Assembly: GCA_964016885.1 (NCBI GenBank)
Contig: OZ024741.1
Span: forward strand, 402,442,001 to 402,506,000
Direction of reading: 5' to 3'
Length of the DNA: 64,000 nt
Origin: Eledone cirrhosa
Taxonomy: Eukaryota
Shown: in pieces, positions 39,960-53,000 of the stretch
Layout: every line of letters begins with the position of its first letter
Numbering within the stretch: the stretch's first letter is position 1
The notes under the pieces: model-generated
Database searches by the model: none
What the model was told of the DNA's origin: nothing
The model's input: only the letters and a program-made list of their open reading frames with translations
Position numbers and translations under genes: made by a program

Positions 39960-40450
39960 TCTTCGGTAATCAGAAGGGAGGTATATGTAAAAACCAAACT
40001 CGCTATCCTCAATTCGGCATTTGTGCTTACCCTTAGCTAACGTCATGAATGTTGGGTAATGACTAAGAAAATATGATTGTGAATACAAGCAGCCAAAATA
40101 CAGTTCCTCCAGGTCTTTGGAGTAATGTTACTCGATAGAGTGCATAGCTTGGAAATCAGAGAGTCACTCCAGGTAGAGCTGCTACTTCTCCGAATTGAGA
40201 GATCACAGCTCTGATATCGGCATGTAGTTGGAATGTCTCAGGAAAGAATCACTGGACAGATTTTACAAGGAAAACCAGCCAGCAGGAGACCCAAGAGTAG
40301 ACGCCAAGCAAGATGGTTGGATAACATCCATGAGCTTGGTTGGTCTCGCTTGGAGATTCAGCTGAATCAGTTAGAGATGGTTGCTTCTGACAGGACCCGC
40401 TGGAGGGAGTGTTTGAGAACACTGCCCCCACAAATCTCTCAAGTATAAGT
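39960..40450 (+). mobile_element. Old degenerate RTE LINE 3' ORF fragment (third family)
   Basis: SSVIRREVYVKTKLAILNSAFVLTLS*RHECWVMT...IQAA...DRVHSLEIRESLQVELLLLRIERSQL*YRHVVGMSQER...RRPKSRRQARWLD...DRTRWR. Confidence 0.85.
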
Positions 40451-41049
40451 GGGCAAGGAAGAAAAGATACCATCATTATCTTCTTCATACAGGAGACATC
40501 TTCCAGAAACCTTTTCATGTTAGTGGGTCAATTCAGTTTATTATATCCAAATGTTATATCCTTGTACCAGAGAGGGTTGGGCCTTGCCAGGCTTAAATGC
40601 CCAAGAAACACTGTATACCAGTGCCCCTATGACTCCATCAGGAATTATGGGATAAATAAAAAACAATGACAAGCTGTAGAGCACTGGTCAGAAATAACTT
40701 GTAGTGTTTACTTTTGTTTCTTGATGTTTAAAGTTCAAATAATGCCACAGACATCTTGGTATTTCATTTTCCTGGGATTACCAAAATAAATAGAAACTAG
40801 AGTAGATTCACCCATCAATAAATGATATTGAACACTAAATGTATTGAACACTAAATGTATTGATCACGGAATGAATTGATCACGAAATATGATGATATTT
40901 TAACAAGCTAGAACTGATTATTTGTGGCAATTACAGCCAGGTACCTCTGTCTGGTACCAGCCCTTTTACTCACCTCTTAAGACATGCAGAGGTACAGTGA
41001 TCCTCTTCTAAACTGGATATATACTAAGATAACAACAACAATGATAATA

Positions 41050-41424
41050 ATTGTTTCTACTTTAGGCACAAGGCCAGCAATTACCCAGTACATTACTGGT
41101 ACTATTTTATCGACCCCGTAATGATGAAAGGCAAAGTTAACCTCGGTGGGATTTGAACTCAGAATGGCAAGGGCTGTAACTCTATGCATCATGGCATGGT
41201 CTCTGATCCTCTACCGATACTGCCAACTACTTTAGGTACAAGGCCAACGATTTTAGGGGAGAGGAACGTCGATTTGATCGAGCCCAGTACATTACTGGTA
41301 CTTTATTTTATCGACCCTGTAAGGATGAAAGGCAAAGTTAACCTCAGCTGGATTTGAACTCAGACCCTAAAGGGACGTAACTGTGCTGGAAAGCATGTCG
41401 TCCGACCCTCCACCGATACTGACC
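41050..41424 (-). mobile_element. Two tandem Nin-core SINE copies
   Basis: cccagtacattactggtact..tttatcgaccc..gatgaaaggcaaagttaacctc..ggatttgaactcaga occurs twice. Confidence 0.78.
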
Positions 41425-42503
41425 TCCATCACCACCACCACCACCACCACCACCATCACCACCACCACCATCACCACCACCATCACCACCATCACCACCA
41501 CCACGATCACCACCACCACCACCACCATCACCACCACCACCACCACCACCACCACCACCACCACCACCGCCATCACCACCACCACCACCACCATCACCAC
41601 CACCACCATCACCACCATCACCACCATCACCACCACCACCATCACCACCATCACCACCACCACGATCACCACCACCACCACCATCACCAACACCACCACC
41701 ACCACCACCACCACCATCACCACCACCACCGCCATCACCACCACCATCACCACCACCACCATCACCACCACCACCATCACCACCACCACCACCATCACCA
41801 CCACCATCACCATCACCACCACCATCACCATCACTACCACCATCACCACCACCAACAACAGTCACCACCACCAACAACAGCCACCACCACCATCACCACC
41901 AACAACAACAGTCACCACCACCAACAACAGCCACCACCACCATCACCACCACCACCATCACCACCACCACCATCACCACCACCACCATCACCACCACCAT
42001 CACCACCACCATCACCACCACCATCACCACCACCAACAACAGTCACCACCATCACCACCAACAACAACAGTCACCACCACCAACAACAGCCACCACCACC
42101 ATCACCACCACCACCACCACCACCACCACCATCACCACCACCACCGCCATCACCACCACCACCACCATCACCACCACCGCCATCACCACCACCGCCATCA
42201 CCACCACCACCACCATCACTACCACCATCACCACCACCATCACCACCATCACCACCACCACCACCACCACCATCACCACCACCATCACCACCACCACCAC
42301 CATCACCACCACCATCACCACCATCACCTCCATCACCACCACCACCATCACCACCATCACCATCACCACCACCACCACCATCACCACCACCATCACCACC
42401 ATCACCTCCATCACCACCACCACCATCACCTCCATCACCACCACCACCATCACCACCACCACCATCACCACCACCACCATCACCCTCACCATCACCACCA
42501 TCA
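41425..42503. repeat. (CAC)n/(CAT)n/(CAA)n compound trinucleotide repeat
   Basis: Directly visible; source of the poly-T/H/G/V ORFs. Confidence 0.97.
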
Positions 42504-42593
42504 TAATAATATATTTTTTCTGTTGGCACAAAAGCAGAGGATTGTAGGAGATAGGAATGTGTGGGTTAACACAATGCTATAATGTGACTGCTT

Positions 42594-44030
42594 TGTTGAG
42601 TCTCCTCCCCCTCTCTACCACAATGGTGAACATCTCTGTGGTGAGTCTCCTCCCCCTCTCTACCACAATGGTGAACATCTCTGTGGTGAGTCTCCTCCCC
42701 CTCTCTACCACAATGGTGAACATCTCTGTGTTGAGTCTCCTCCCCCTCTCTACCACAATGGTGAACATCTCTGTGGTGAGTCTCCTCCCCCTCTCTACCA
42801 CAATGGTGAACATCTCTGTGGTGAGTCTCCTCCCCCTCTCTACCACAATGGTGAACATCTCTGTGTTGAGTCTCCTCCCCCTCTCTACCACAATGGTGAA
42901 CATCTCTGTGGTGAGTCTCCTCCCCTCTATACCACAATGGTGAACATCTCTGTGGTGAGTCTCCTCCCCCTCTCTACCACAATGGTGAACATCTCTGTGT
43001 TGAGTCTCCTCCCCCTCTCTACCACAATGGTGAACATCTCTGTGGTGAGTCTCCTCCCCTCTATACCACAATGGTGAACATCTCTGTGTTGAGTCTCCTC
43101 CCCCTCTCTACCACAATGGTGAACATCTCTGTGTTGAGTCTCCTCCCCCTCTCTACCACAATGGTGAACATCTCTGTGGTGAGTCTCCTCCCCCTCTCTA
43201 CCACAATGGTGAACATCTCTGTGGTGAGTCTCCTCCCCCTCTCTACCACAATGGTGAACATCTCTCTGGTGAGTCTCCTCCCCCTCTCTACCACAATGGT
43301 GAACATCTCTGTGGTGAGTCTCCTCCCCCTCTCTACCACAATGGTGAACATCTCTCTGGTGAGTCTCCTCCCCCTATCTACCACAATGGTGAACATCTCT
43401 GTGGTGAGTCTCCTCCCCCTCTCTACCACAATGGTGAACATCTCTGTGGTGAGTCTCCTCCCCCTCTCTACCACAATGGTGAACATCTCTCTGGTGAGTC
43501 TCCTCCCCCTCTCTACCACAATGGTGAACATCTCTCTGGTGAGTCTCCTCCCCCTCTCTACCACAATGGTGAACATCTCTCTGGTGAGTCTCCTCCCCCT
43601 CTCTACCACAATGGTGAACATCTCTGTGGTGAGTCTCCTCCCCCTCTCTACCACAATGGTGAACATCTCTGTGTTGAGTCTCCTCCCCCTCTCTACCACA
43701 ATGGTGAACATCTCTGTGTTGAGTCTCCTCCCCCTCTCTACCACAATGGTGAACATCTCTGTGTTGAGTCTCCTCCCCCTCTCTACCACAATTGTGAACA
43801 TCTCTGTGGTGAGTCTCCTCCCCCTCTCTACCACAATGGTGAACATCTCTGTGTTGAGTCTCCTCCCCCTCTCTACCACAATGGTGAACATCTCTGTGGT
43901 GAGTCTCCTCCCCCTCTCTACCACAATGGTGAACATCTCTGTGGTGAGTCTCCTCCCCCTCTCTACCACAATGGTGAACATCTCTCTGGTGAGTCTCCTC
44001 CCCCTCTCTACCACAATAGTGAACATCTCT
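42594..44030. repeat. 45-bp minisatellite, about 32 copies
   Basis: Unit gagtctcctccccctctctaccacaatggtgaacatctctgtg(g/t)t. Confidence 0.98.
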
Positions 44031-47000
44031 TTTACACCTCCCTCCCTTCTTCTGATTACTGAGTTGAAGAGAGTGTGTTTAGCTTTTACACCTCCCTCCC
44101 TTCTTCTGATTACTGAGTTGAAGAGAGTGTGTTTAGCTTTTACACCTCCCTCCCTTCTTCTGATTACTGAGTTGAAGACAGTGTGTTTAGCTTTTACACC
44201 TCCCTCCCTTCTTCTGATTACTGAGTTGAAGACAGTGTGTTTAGCTTTTACACCTCCCTCCCTTCTTCTGATTACTGAGTTGAAGACAGTGTGTTTAGCT
44301 TTTACACCTCCCTCCCTTCTTCTGATTACTGAGTTGAAGAGAGTGTGTTTAGCTTTTACACCTCCCTCCCTTCTTCTGATTACTGAGTTGAAGACAGTGT
44401 GTTTAGCTTTTACACCTCCCTCCCTTCTTCTGATTACTGAGTTGAAGACAGTGTGTTTAGCTTTTACACCTCCCTCCCTTCTTCTGATTACTGAGTTGAA
44501 GACAGTGTGTTTAGCTTTTACACCTCCCTCCCTTCTTCTGATTACTGAGTTGAAGAGAGTGTGTTTAGCTTTTACACCTCCCTCCCTTCTTCTGATTACT
44601 GAGTTGAAGAGAGTGTGTTTAGCTTTTACACCTCCCTCCCTTCTTCTGATTACTGAGTTGAAGACAGTGTGTTTAGCTTTTACACCTCCCTCCCTTCTTC
44701 TGATTACTGAGTTGAAGACAGTGTGTTTAGCTTTTACACCTCCCTCCCTTCTTCTGATTACTGAGTTGAAGAGAGTGTGTTTAGCTTTTACACCTCCCTC
44801 CCTTCTTCTGATTACTGAGTTGAAGAGAGTGTGTTTAGCTTTTACACCTCCCTCCCTTCTTCTGATTACTGAGTTGAAGACAGTGTGTTTAGCTTTTACA
44901 CCTCCCTCCCTTCTTCTGATTACTGAGTTGAAGAGAGTGTGTTTAGCTTTTACACCTCCCTCCCTTCTTCTGATTACTGAGTTGAAGAGAGTGTGTTTAG
45001 CTTTTACACCTCCCTCCCTTCTTCTGATTACTGAGTTGAAGAGAGTGTGTTTAGCTTTTACACCTCCCTCCCTTCTTCTGATTACTGAGTTGAAGACAGT
45101 GTGTTTAGCTTTTACACCTCCCTCCCTTCTTCTGATTACTGAGTTGAAGACAGTGTGTTTAGCTTTTACACCTCCCTCCCTTCTTCTGATTAAGACAGTG
45201 TGTTTAGCTTTTACACCTCCCTCCCTTCTTCTGATTACTGAGTTGAAGAGAGTGTGTTTAGCTTTTACACCTCCCTCCCTTCTTCTGATTACTGAGTTGA
45301 AGACAGTGTGTTTAGCTTTTACACCTCCCTCCCTTCTTCTGATTACTGAGTTGAAGACAGTGTGTTTAGCTTTTACACCTCCCTCCCTTCTTCTGATTAC
45401 TGAGTTGAAGAGAGTGTGTTTAGCTTTTACACCTCCCTCCCTTCTTCTGATTACTGAGTTGAAGAGAGTGTGTTTAGCTTTTACACCTCCCTCCCTTCTT
45501 CTGATTACTGAGTTGAAGACAGTGTGTTTAGCTTTTACACCTCCCTCCCTTCTTCTGATTACTGAGTTGAAGACAGTGTGTTTAGCTTTTACACCTCCCT
45601 CCCTTCTTCTGATTACTGAGTTGAAGAGAGTGTGTTTAGCTTTTACACCTCCCTCCCTTCTTCTGATTACTGAGTTGAAGAGAGTGTGTTTAGCTTTTAC
45701 ACCTCCCTCCCTTCTTCTGATTACTGAGTTGAAGACAGTGTGTTTAGCTTTTACACCTCCCTCCCTTCTTCTGATTACTGAGTTGAAGACAGTGTGTTTA
45801 GCTTTTACACCTCCCTCCCTTCTTCTGATTACTGAGTTGAAGACAGTGTGTTTAGCTTTTACACCTCCCTCCCTTCTTCTGATTACTGAGTTGAAGAGAG
45901 TGTGTTTAGCTTTTACACCTCCCTCCCTTCTTCTGATTACTGAGTTGAAGACAGTGTGTTTAGCTTTTACACCTCCCTCCCTTCTTCTGATTACTGAGTT
46001 GAAGACAGTGTGTTTAGCTTTTACACCTCCCTCCCTTCTTCTGATTACTGAGTTGAAGACAGTGTGTTTAGCTTTTACACCTCCCTCCCTTCTTCTGATT
46101 ACTGAGTTGAAGACAGTGTGTTTAGCTTTTACACCTCCCTCCCTTCTTCTGATTACTGAGTTGAAGACAGTGTGTTTAGCTTTTACACCTCCCTCCCTTC
46201 TTCTGATTACTGAGTTGAAGAGAGTGTGTTTAGCTTTTACACCTCCCTCCCTTCTTCTGATTACTGAGTTGAAGACAGTGTGTTTAGCTTTTACACCTCC
46301 CTCCCTTCTTCTGATTACTGAGTTGAAGAGAGTGTGTTTAGCTTTTACACCTCCCTCCCTTCTTCTGATTACTGAGTTGAAGACAGTGTGTTTAGCTTTT
46401 ACACCTCCCTCCCTTCTTCTGATTACTGAGTTGAAGACAGTGTGTTTAGCTTTTACACCTCCCTCCCTTCTTCTGATTACTGAGTTGAAGACAGTGTGTT
46501 TAGCTTTTACACCTCCCTCCCTTCTTCTGATTACTGAGTTGAAGAGAGTGTGTTTAGCTTTTACACCTCCCTCCCTTCTTCTGATTACTGAGTTGAAGAG
46601 AGTGTGTTTAGCTTTTACACCTCCCTCCCTTCTTCTGATTACTGAGTTGAAGAGAGTGTGTTTAGCTTTTACACCTCCCTCCCTTCTTCTGATTACTGAG
46701 TTGAAGAGAGTGTGTTTAGCTTTTACACCTCCCTCCCTTCTTCTGATTACTGAGTTGAAGACAGTGTGTTTAGCTTTTACACCTCCCTCCCTTCTTCTGA
46801 TTACTGAGTTGAAGAGAGTGTGTTTAGCTTTTACACCTCCCTCCCTTCTTCTGATTACTGAGTTGAAGACAGTGTGTTTAGCTTTTACACCTCCCTCCCT
46901 TCTTCTGATTACTGAGTTGAAGACAGTGTATTTAGCTTTTACACCTCCCTCCCTTCTTCTGATTACTCAGTTGAAGACAGTGTGTTTAGCTTTTACACCT

Positions 47001-50000
47001 CCCTCCCTTCTTCTGATTACTGAGTTGAAGACAGTGTATTTAGCTTTTACACCTCCCTCCCTTCTTCTGATTACTCAGTTGAAGACAGTGTGTTTAGCTT
47101 TTACACCTCCCTCCCTTCTTCTGATTACTCAGTTGAAGACAGTGTGTTTAGCTTTTACACCTCCCTCCCTTCTTCTGATTACTGAGTTGAAGACAGTGTA
47201 TTTAGCTTTTACACCTCCCTCCCTTCTTCTGATTACTCAGTTGAAGACAGTGTGTTTAGCTTTTACACCTCCCTCCCTTCTTCTGATTACTGAGTTGAAG
47301 ACAGTGTATTTAGCTTTTACACCTCCCTCCCTTCTTCTGATTACTCAGTTGAAGACAGTGTGTTTAGCTTTTACACCTCCCTCCCTTCTTCTGATTACTG
47401 AGTTGAAGACAGTGTATTTAGCTTTTACACCTCCCTCCCTTCTTCTGATTACTCAGTTGAAGACAGTGTGTTTAGCTTTTACACCTCCCTCCCTTCTTCT
47501 GATTACTGAGTTGAAGACAGTGTATTTAGCTTTTACACCTCCCTCCCTTCTTCTGATTACTCAGTTGAAGACAGTGTGTTTAGCTTTTACACCTCCCTCC
47601 CTTCTTCTGATTACTGAGTTGAAGACAGTGTATTTAGCTTTTACACCTCCCTCCCTTCTTCTGATTACTCAGTTGAAGACAGTGTGTTTAGCTTTTACAC
47701 CTCCCTCCCTTCTTCTGATTACTGAGTTGAAGACAGTGTATTTAGCTTTTACACCTCCCTCCCTTCTTCTGATTACTCAGTTGAAGACAGTGTGTTTAGC
47801 TTTTACACCTCCCTCCCTTCTTCTGATTACTCAGTTGAAGACAGTGTGTTTAGCTTTTACACCTCCCTCCCTTCTTCTGATTACTGAGTTGAAGAGAGTG
47901 TGTTTAGCTTTTACACCTCCCTCCCTTCTTCTGATTACTGAGTTGAAGACAGTGTGTTTAGCTTTTACACCTCCCTCCCTTCTTCTGATTACTCAGTTGA
48001 AGACAGTGTGTTTAGCTTTTACACCTCCCTCCCTTCTTCTGATTACTGAGTTGAAGACAGTGTATTTAGCTTTTACACCTCCCTCCCTTCTTCTGATTAC
48101 TCAGTTGAAGACAGTGTGTTTAGCTTTTACACCTCCCTCCCTTCTTCTGATTACTGAGTTGAAGACAGTGTATTTAGCTTTTACACCTCCCTCCCTTCTT
48201 CTGATTACTCAGTTGAAGACAGTGTGTTTAGCTTTTACACCTCCCTCCCTTCTTCTGATTACTGAGTTGAAGACAGTGTATTTAGCTTTTACACCTCCCT
48301 CCCTTCTTCTGATTACTCAGTTGAAGACAGTGTGTTTAGCTTTTACACCTCCCTCCCTTCTTCTGATTACTCAGTTGAAGACAGTGTGTTTAGCTTTTAC
48401 ACCTCCCTCCCTTCTTCTGATTACTGAGTTGAAGAGAGTGTGTTTAGCTTTTACACCTCCCTCCCTTCTTCTGATTACTGAGTTGAAGACAGTGTGTTTA
48501 GCTTTTACACCTCCCTCCCTTCTTCTGATTACTGAGTTGAAGAGAGTGTGTTTAGCTTTTACAGCTCCCTCCCTTCTTCTGATTACTGAGTTGAAGACAG
48601 TGTGTTTAGCTTTTACACCTCCCTCCCTTCTTCTGATTACTGAGTTGAAGACAGTGTATTTAGCTTTTACACCTCCCTCCCTTCTTCTGATTACTCAGTT
48701 GAAGACAGTGTGTTTAGCTTTTACACCTCCCTCCCTTCTTCTGATTACTGAGTTGAAGACAGTGTATTTAGCTTTTACACCTCCCTCCCTTCTTCTGATT
48801 ACTCAGTTGAAGACAGTGTGTTTAGCTTTTACACCTCCCTCCCTTCTTCTGATTACTCAGTTGAAGACAGTGTGTTTAGCTTTTACACCTCCCTCCCTTC
48901 TTCTGATTACTGAGTTGAAGACAGTGTATTTAGCTTTTACACCTCCCTCCCTTCTTCTGATTACTCAGTTGAAGACAGTGTGTTTAGCTTTTACACCTCC
49001 CTCCCTTCTTCTGATTACTGAGTTGAAGACAGTGTATTTAGCTTTTACACCTCCCTCCCTTCTTCTGATTACTCAGTTGAAGACAGTGTGTTTAGCTTTT
49101 ACACCTCCCTCCCTTCTTCTGATTACTGAGTTGAAGACAGTGTATTTAGCTTTTACACCTCCCTCCCTTCTTCTGATTACTCAGTTGAAGACAGTGTGTT
49201 TAGCTTTTACACCTCCCTCCCTTCTTCTGATTACTGAGTTGAAGACAGTGTATTTAGCTTTTACACCTCCCTCCCTTCTTCTGATTACTCAGTTGAAGAC
49301 AGTGTGTTTAGCTTTTACACCTCCCTCCCTTCTTCTGATTACTGAGTTGAAGACAGTGTATTTAGCTTTTACACCTCCCTCCCTTCTTCTGATTACTCAG
49401 TTGAAGACAGTGTGTTTAGCTTTTACACCTCCCTCCCTTCTTCTGATTACTGAGTTGAAGACAGTGTATTTAGCTTTTACACCTCCCTCCCTTCTTCTGA
49501 TTACTCAGTTGAAGACAGTGTGTTTAGCTTTTACACCTCCCTCCCTTCTTCTGATTACTCAGTTGAAGACAGTGTGTTTAGCTTTTACACCTCCCTCCCT
49601 TTTTCTGATTACTCAGTTGAAGACAGTGTGTTTAGCTTTTACACCTCCCTCCCTTCTTCTGATTACTGAGTTGAAGACAGTGTATTTAGCTTTTACACCT
49701 CCCTCCCTACTTCTGATTGCTGAGTTGAAGACAGTGTGTTTAGCTTTTACACCTCCCTCCCTTCTTCTGATTACTGAGTTGAAGACAGTGTATTTAGCTT
49801 TTACACCTCCCTCCCTACTTCTGATTGCTGAGTTGAAGACAGTGTGTTTAGCTTTTACACCTCCCTCCCTTCTTCTGATTACTGAGTTGAAGACAGTGTG
49901 TTTAGCTTTTACACCTCCCTCCCTTCTTCTGATTACTCAGTTGAAGACAGTGTGTTTAGCTTTTACACCTCCCTCCCTTCTTCTGATTACTCAGTTGAAG

Positions 50001-53000
50001 ACAGTGTGTTTAGCTTTTACACCTCCCTCCCTTTTTCTGATTACTCAGTTGAAGACAGTGTGTTTAGCTTTTACACCTCCCTCCCTTCTTCTGATTACTG
50101 AGTTGAAGACAGTGTATTTAGCTTTTACACCTCCCTCCCTACTTCTGATTGCTGAGTTGAAGACAGTGTGTTTAGCTTTTACACCTCCCTCCCTTCTTCT
50201 GATTACTGAGTTGAAGACAGTGTGTTTAGCTTTTACACCTCCCTCCCTTCTGATCACTGAGTTGAAGAGAGTGTGTTTAGCTTTTACACCTCCCTCCCTT
50301 CTGATCACTGAGTTGAAGACAGTGTGTTTAGCTTTTACACCTCCCTCCCTTCTTCTGATTACTGAGTTGAAGACAGTGTGTTTAGCTTTTACACCTCCCT
50401 CCCTTCTTCTGATTACTCAGTTGAAGACAGTGTGTTTAGCTTTTACACCTCCCTCCCTTCTGATCACTGAGTTGAAGACAGTGTGTTTAGCTTTTACACC
50501 TCCCTCCCTTCTTCTGATTACTGAGTTGAAGACAGTGTGTTTAGCTTTTACACCTCCCTCCCTTCTTCTGATTACTCAGTTGAAGACAGTGTGTTTAGCT
50601 TTTACACCTCCCTCCCTTTTTCTGATTACTCAGTTGAAGACAGTGTGTTTAGCTTTTACACCTCCCTCCCTTCTTCTGATTACTCAGTTGAAGACAGTGT
50701 GTTTAGCTTTTACACCTCCCTCCCTTCTTCTGATTACTGAGTTGATGACAGTGTGTTTAGCTTTTACACCTCCCTCCCTTCTTCTGATTACTGAGTTGAA
50801 GACAGTGTGTTTAGCTTTTACACCTCCCTCCCTTCTGATCACTGAGTTGAAGAGAGTGTGTTTAGCTTTTACACCACCCTCCCTTCTGATTACTGAGTTG
50901 AAGACAGTGTGTTTAGCTTTTACACCTCCCTCCCTTCTTCTGATTACTGAGTTGAAGACAGTGTGTTTAGCTTTTACACCTCCCTCCCTTCTTCTGATTA
51001 CTGAGTTGAAGACAGTGTGTTTAGCTTTTACACCTCCCTCCCTTCTTCTGATTACTGAGTTGAAGACAGTGTGTTTAGCTTTTACACCTCCCTCCCTTCT
51101 GATCACTGAGTTGAAGACAGTGTGTTTAGCTTTTACACCTCCCTCCCTTCTTCTGATTACTGAGTTGAAGACAGTGAGTTTATCTTTTACACCTCCCTCC
51201 CATCTTCTGATAACTGAGTTGAAGACAGTGTGTTTAGCTTTTACACCTCCCTCCCTTCTTCTGAATACTGAGTTGAAGACAGTGTGTTTAGCTGTTACAC
51301 CTCCCTCGCTTCTTCTGATTACTGAGTTGAAGACAGTGTGTTTAGCTTTTACACCTCCCTCCCTTCTTCTGATTACTGAGTTGAAGACAGTGTGTTTAGC
51401 TTTTACACCTCCCTCCCTTCTTCTGATTACTGAGTTGAAGACAGTGTGTTTAGCTTTTACAACTCCCGCCCTTCTTCTGATTACTGAGTTGAAGACAGTG
51501 TGTTTAGCTTTTACACCTCCCTCCCTTCTACTGATTACTGAGTTGAAGACAGTGTGTTTAGCTTTTACACCTCCCTCCCTTCTTCTGATTACTGAGTTGA
51601 AGACAGTGTGTTTAGCTTTTACAACTCCCGCCCTTCTTCTGATTACTGAGTTGAAGACAGTGTGTTTAGCTTTTACACCTCCCTCCCTTCTTCTGATTAC
51701 TGAGTTGAAGACAGTGTGTTTAGCTTTTACAACTCCCGCCCTTCTTCTGATTACTGAGTTGAAGACAGTGTGTTTAGCTTTTACACCTCCCTCCCTTCTT
51801 CTGATTACTGAGTTGAAGACAGTGAGTTTAGCTTTTACACCTCCCTCCCTTCTTCTGATTACTGAGTTGAAGACAGTGTGTTCAGCTTTTACACCTCCCT
51901 TCTTCTGATTACTGAGTTGAAGACAGTGTGTTTAGCTTTTACACCTCCCTCCCTTCTTCTGATTACTGAGTTGAAGACAGTGTGTTTAGCTTTTACAACT
52001 CCCGCCCTTCTTCTGATTACTGAGTTGAAGACAGTGTGTTTAGCTTTTACACCTCCCTCCCTTCTTCTGATTACTGAGTTGAAGACAGTGTGTTCAGCTT
52101 TTACACCTCCCTTCTGATTACTGAGTTGAAGACAGTGTGTTTAGCTTTTACACCTCCCTCCCTACTTCTGATTACTGAGTTGAAGACAGTGTGTTTAGCT
52201 TTTACACCTCCCTCTCTACTTCTGATTACTGAGTTGAAGACAGTGTGTTTAGCTTTTACACCTCCCTCCCTTCTGATTACTGAGTTGAAGACAGCGTGTT
52301 TAGCTTTTAAACCTCCCTCCCTTCTTCTGATTACTGAGTTGAAGACAGTGTGTTTAGCTTTTACACCTCCCTCCCTTCTTCTGATTACTGAGTTGAAGAC
52401 AGTGTGTTTAGCTGTTACACCTCCCTCGCTTCTTCTGATTACTGAGTTGAAGACAGTGTGTTTAGCTTTTACACCTCCCTCCCTTCTTCTGATTACTGAG
52501 TTGAAGACAGTGTGTTTAGTTTTTACACCTCCCTCCCTTCTTCTGATTACTGAGTTGAAGACAGTGTGTTTAGCTTTTACAACTCCCGCCCTTCTTCTGA
52601 TTACTGAGTTGAAGACAGTGTGTTTAGCTTTTACACCTCCCTCCCTTCTTCTGATTACTGAGTTGAAGACAGTGTGTTTAGTTTTTACACCTCCCTCCCT
52701 TCTTCTGATTACTGAGTTGAAGACAGTGTGTTTAGCTTTTACAACTCCCGCCCTTCTTCTGATTACTGAGTTGAAGACAGTGTGTTTAGCTTTTACACCT
52801 CCCTCCCTTCTTCTGATTACTGAGTTGAAGACAGTGTGTTTAGCTTTTACACCTCCCTCCCTTCTTCTGATTACTGAGTTGAAGACAGTGTGTTTAGCTT
52901 TTACAACTCCCGCCCTTCTTCTGATTACTGAGTTGAAGACAGTGTGTTTAGCTTTTACACCTCCCTCCCTTCTTCTGATTACTGAGTTGAAGACAGTGTG

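Noticed and set aside
41344-42582. His-, Thr- or Gly-rich protein
   Set aside because: Translation of a (CAC/CAT)n microsatellite adjoining a SINE
42594-44030. 45-bp unit derived from the RT motif SVLSPLLF (it reads SVLSLLPL)
   Set aside because: Similarity too short to support without a database search
43071-51908. 2945-aa ORF and later long ORFs across the satellites as a repetitive protein gene
   Set aside because: Unit lengths are multiples of 3 and lack a stop in that frame, so long ORFs arise automatically; 50- and 47-bp variants break the frame repeatedly; there is no non-repetitive domain
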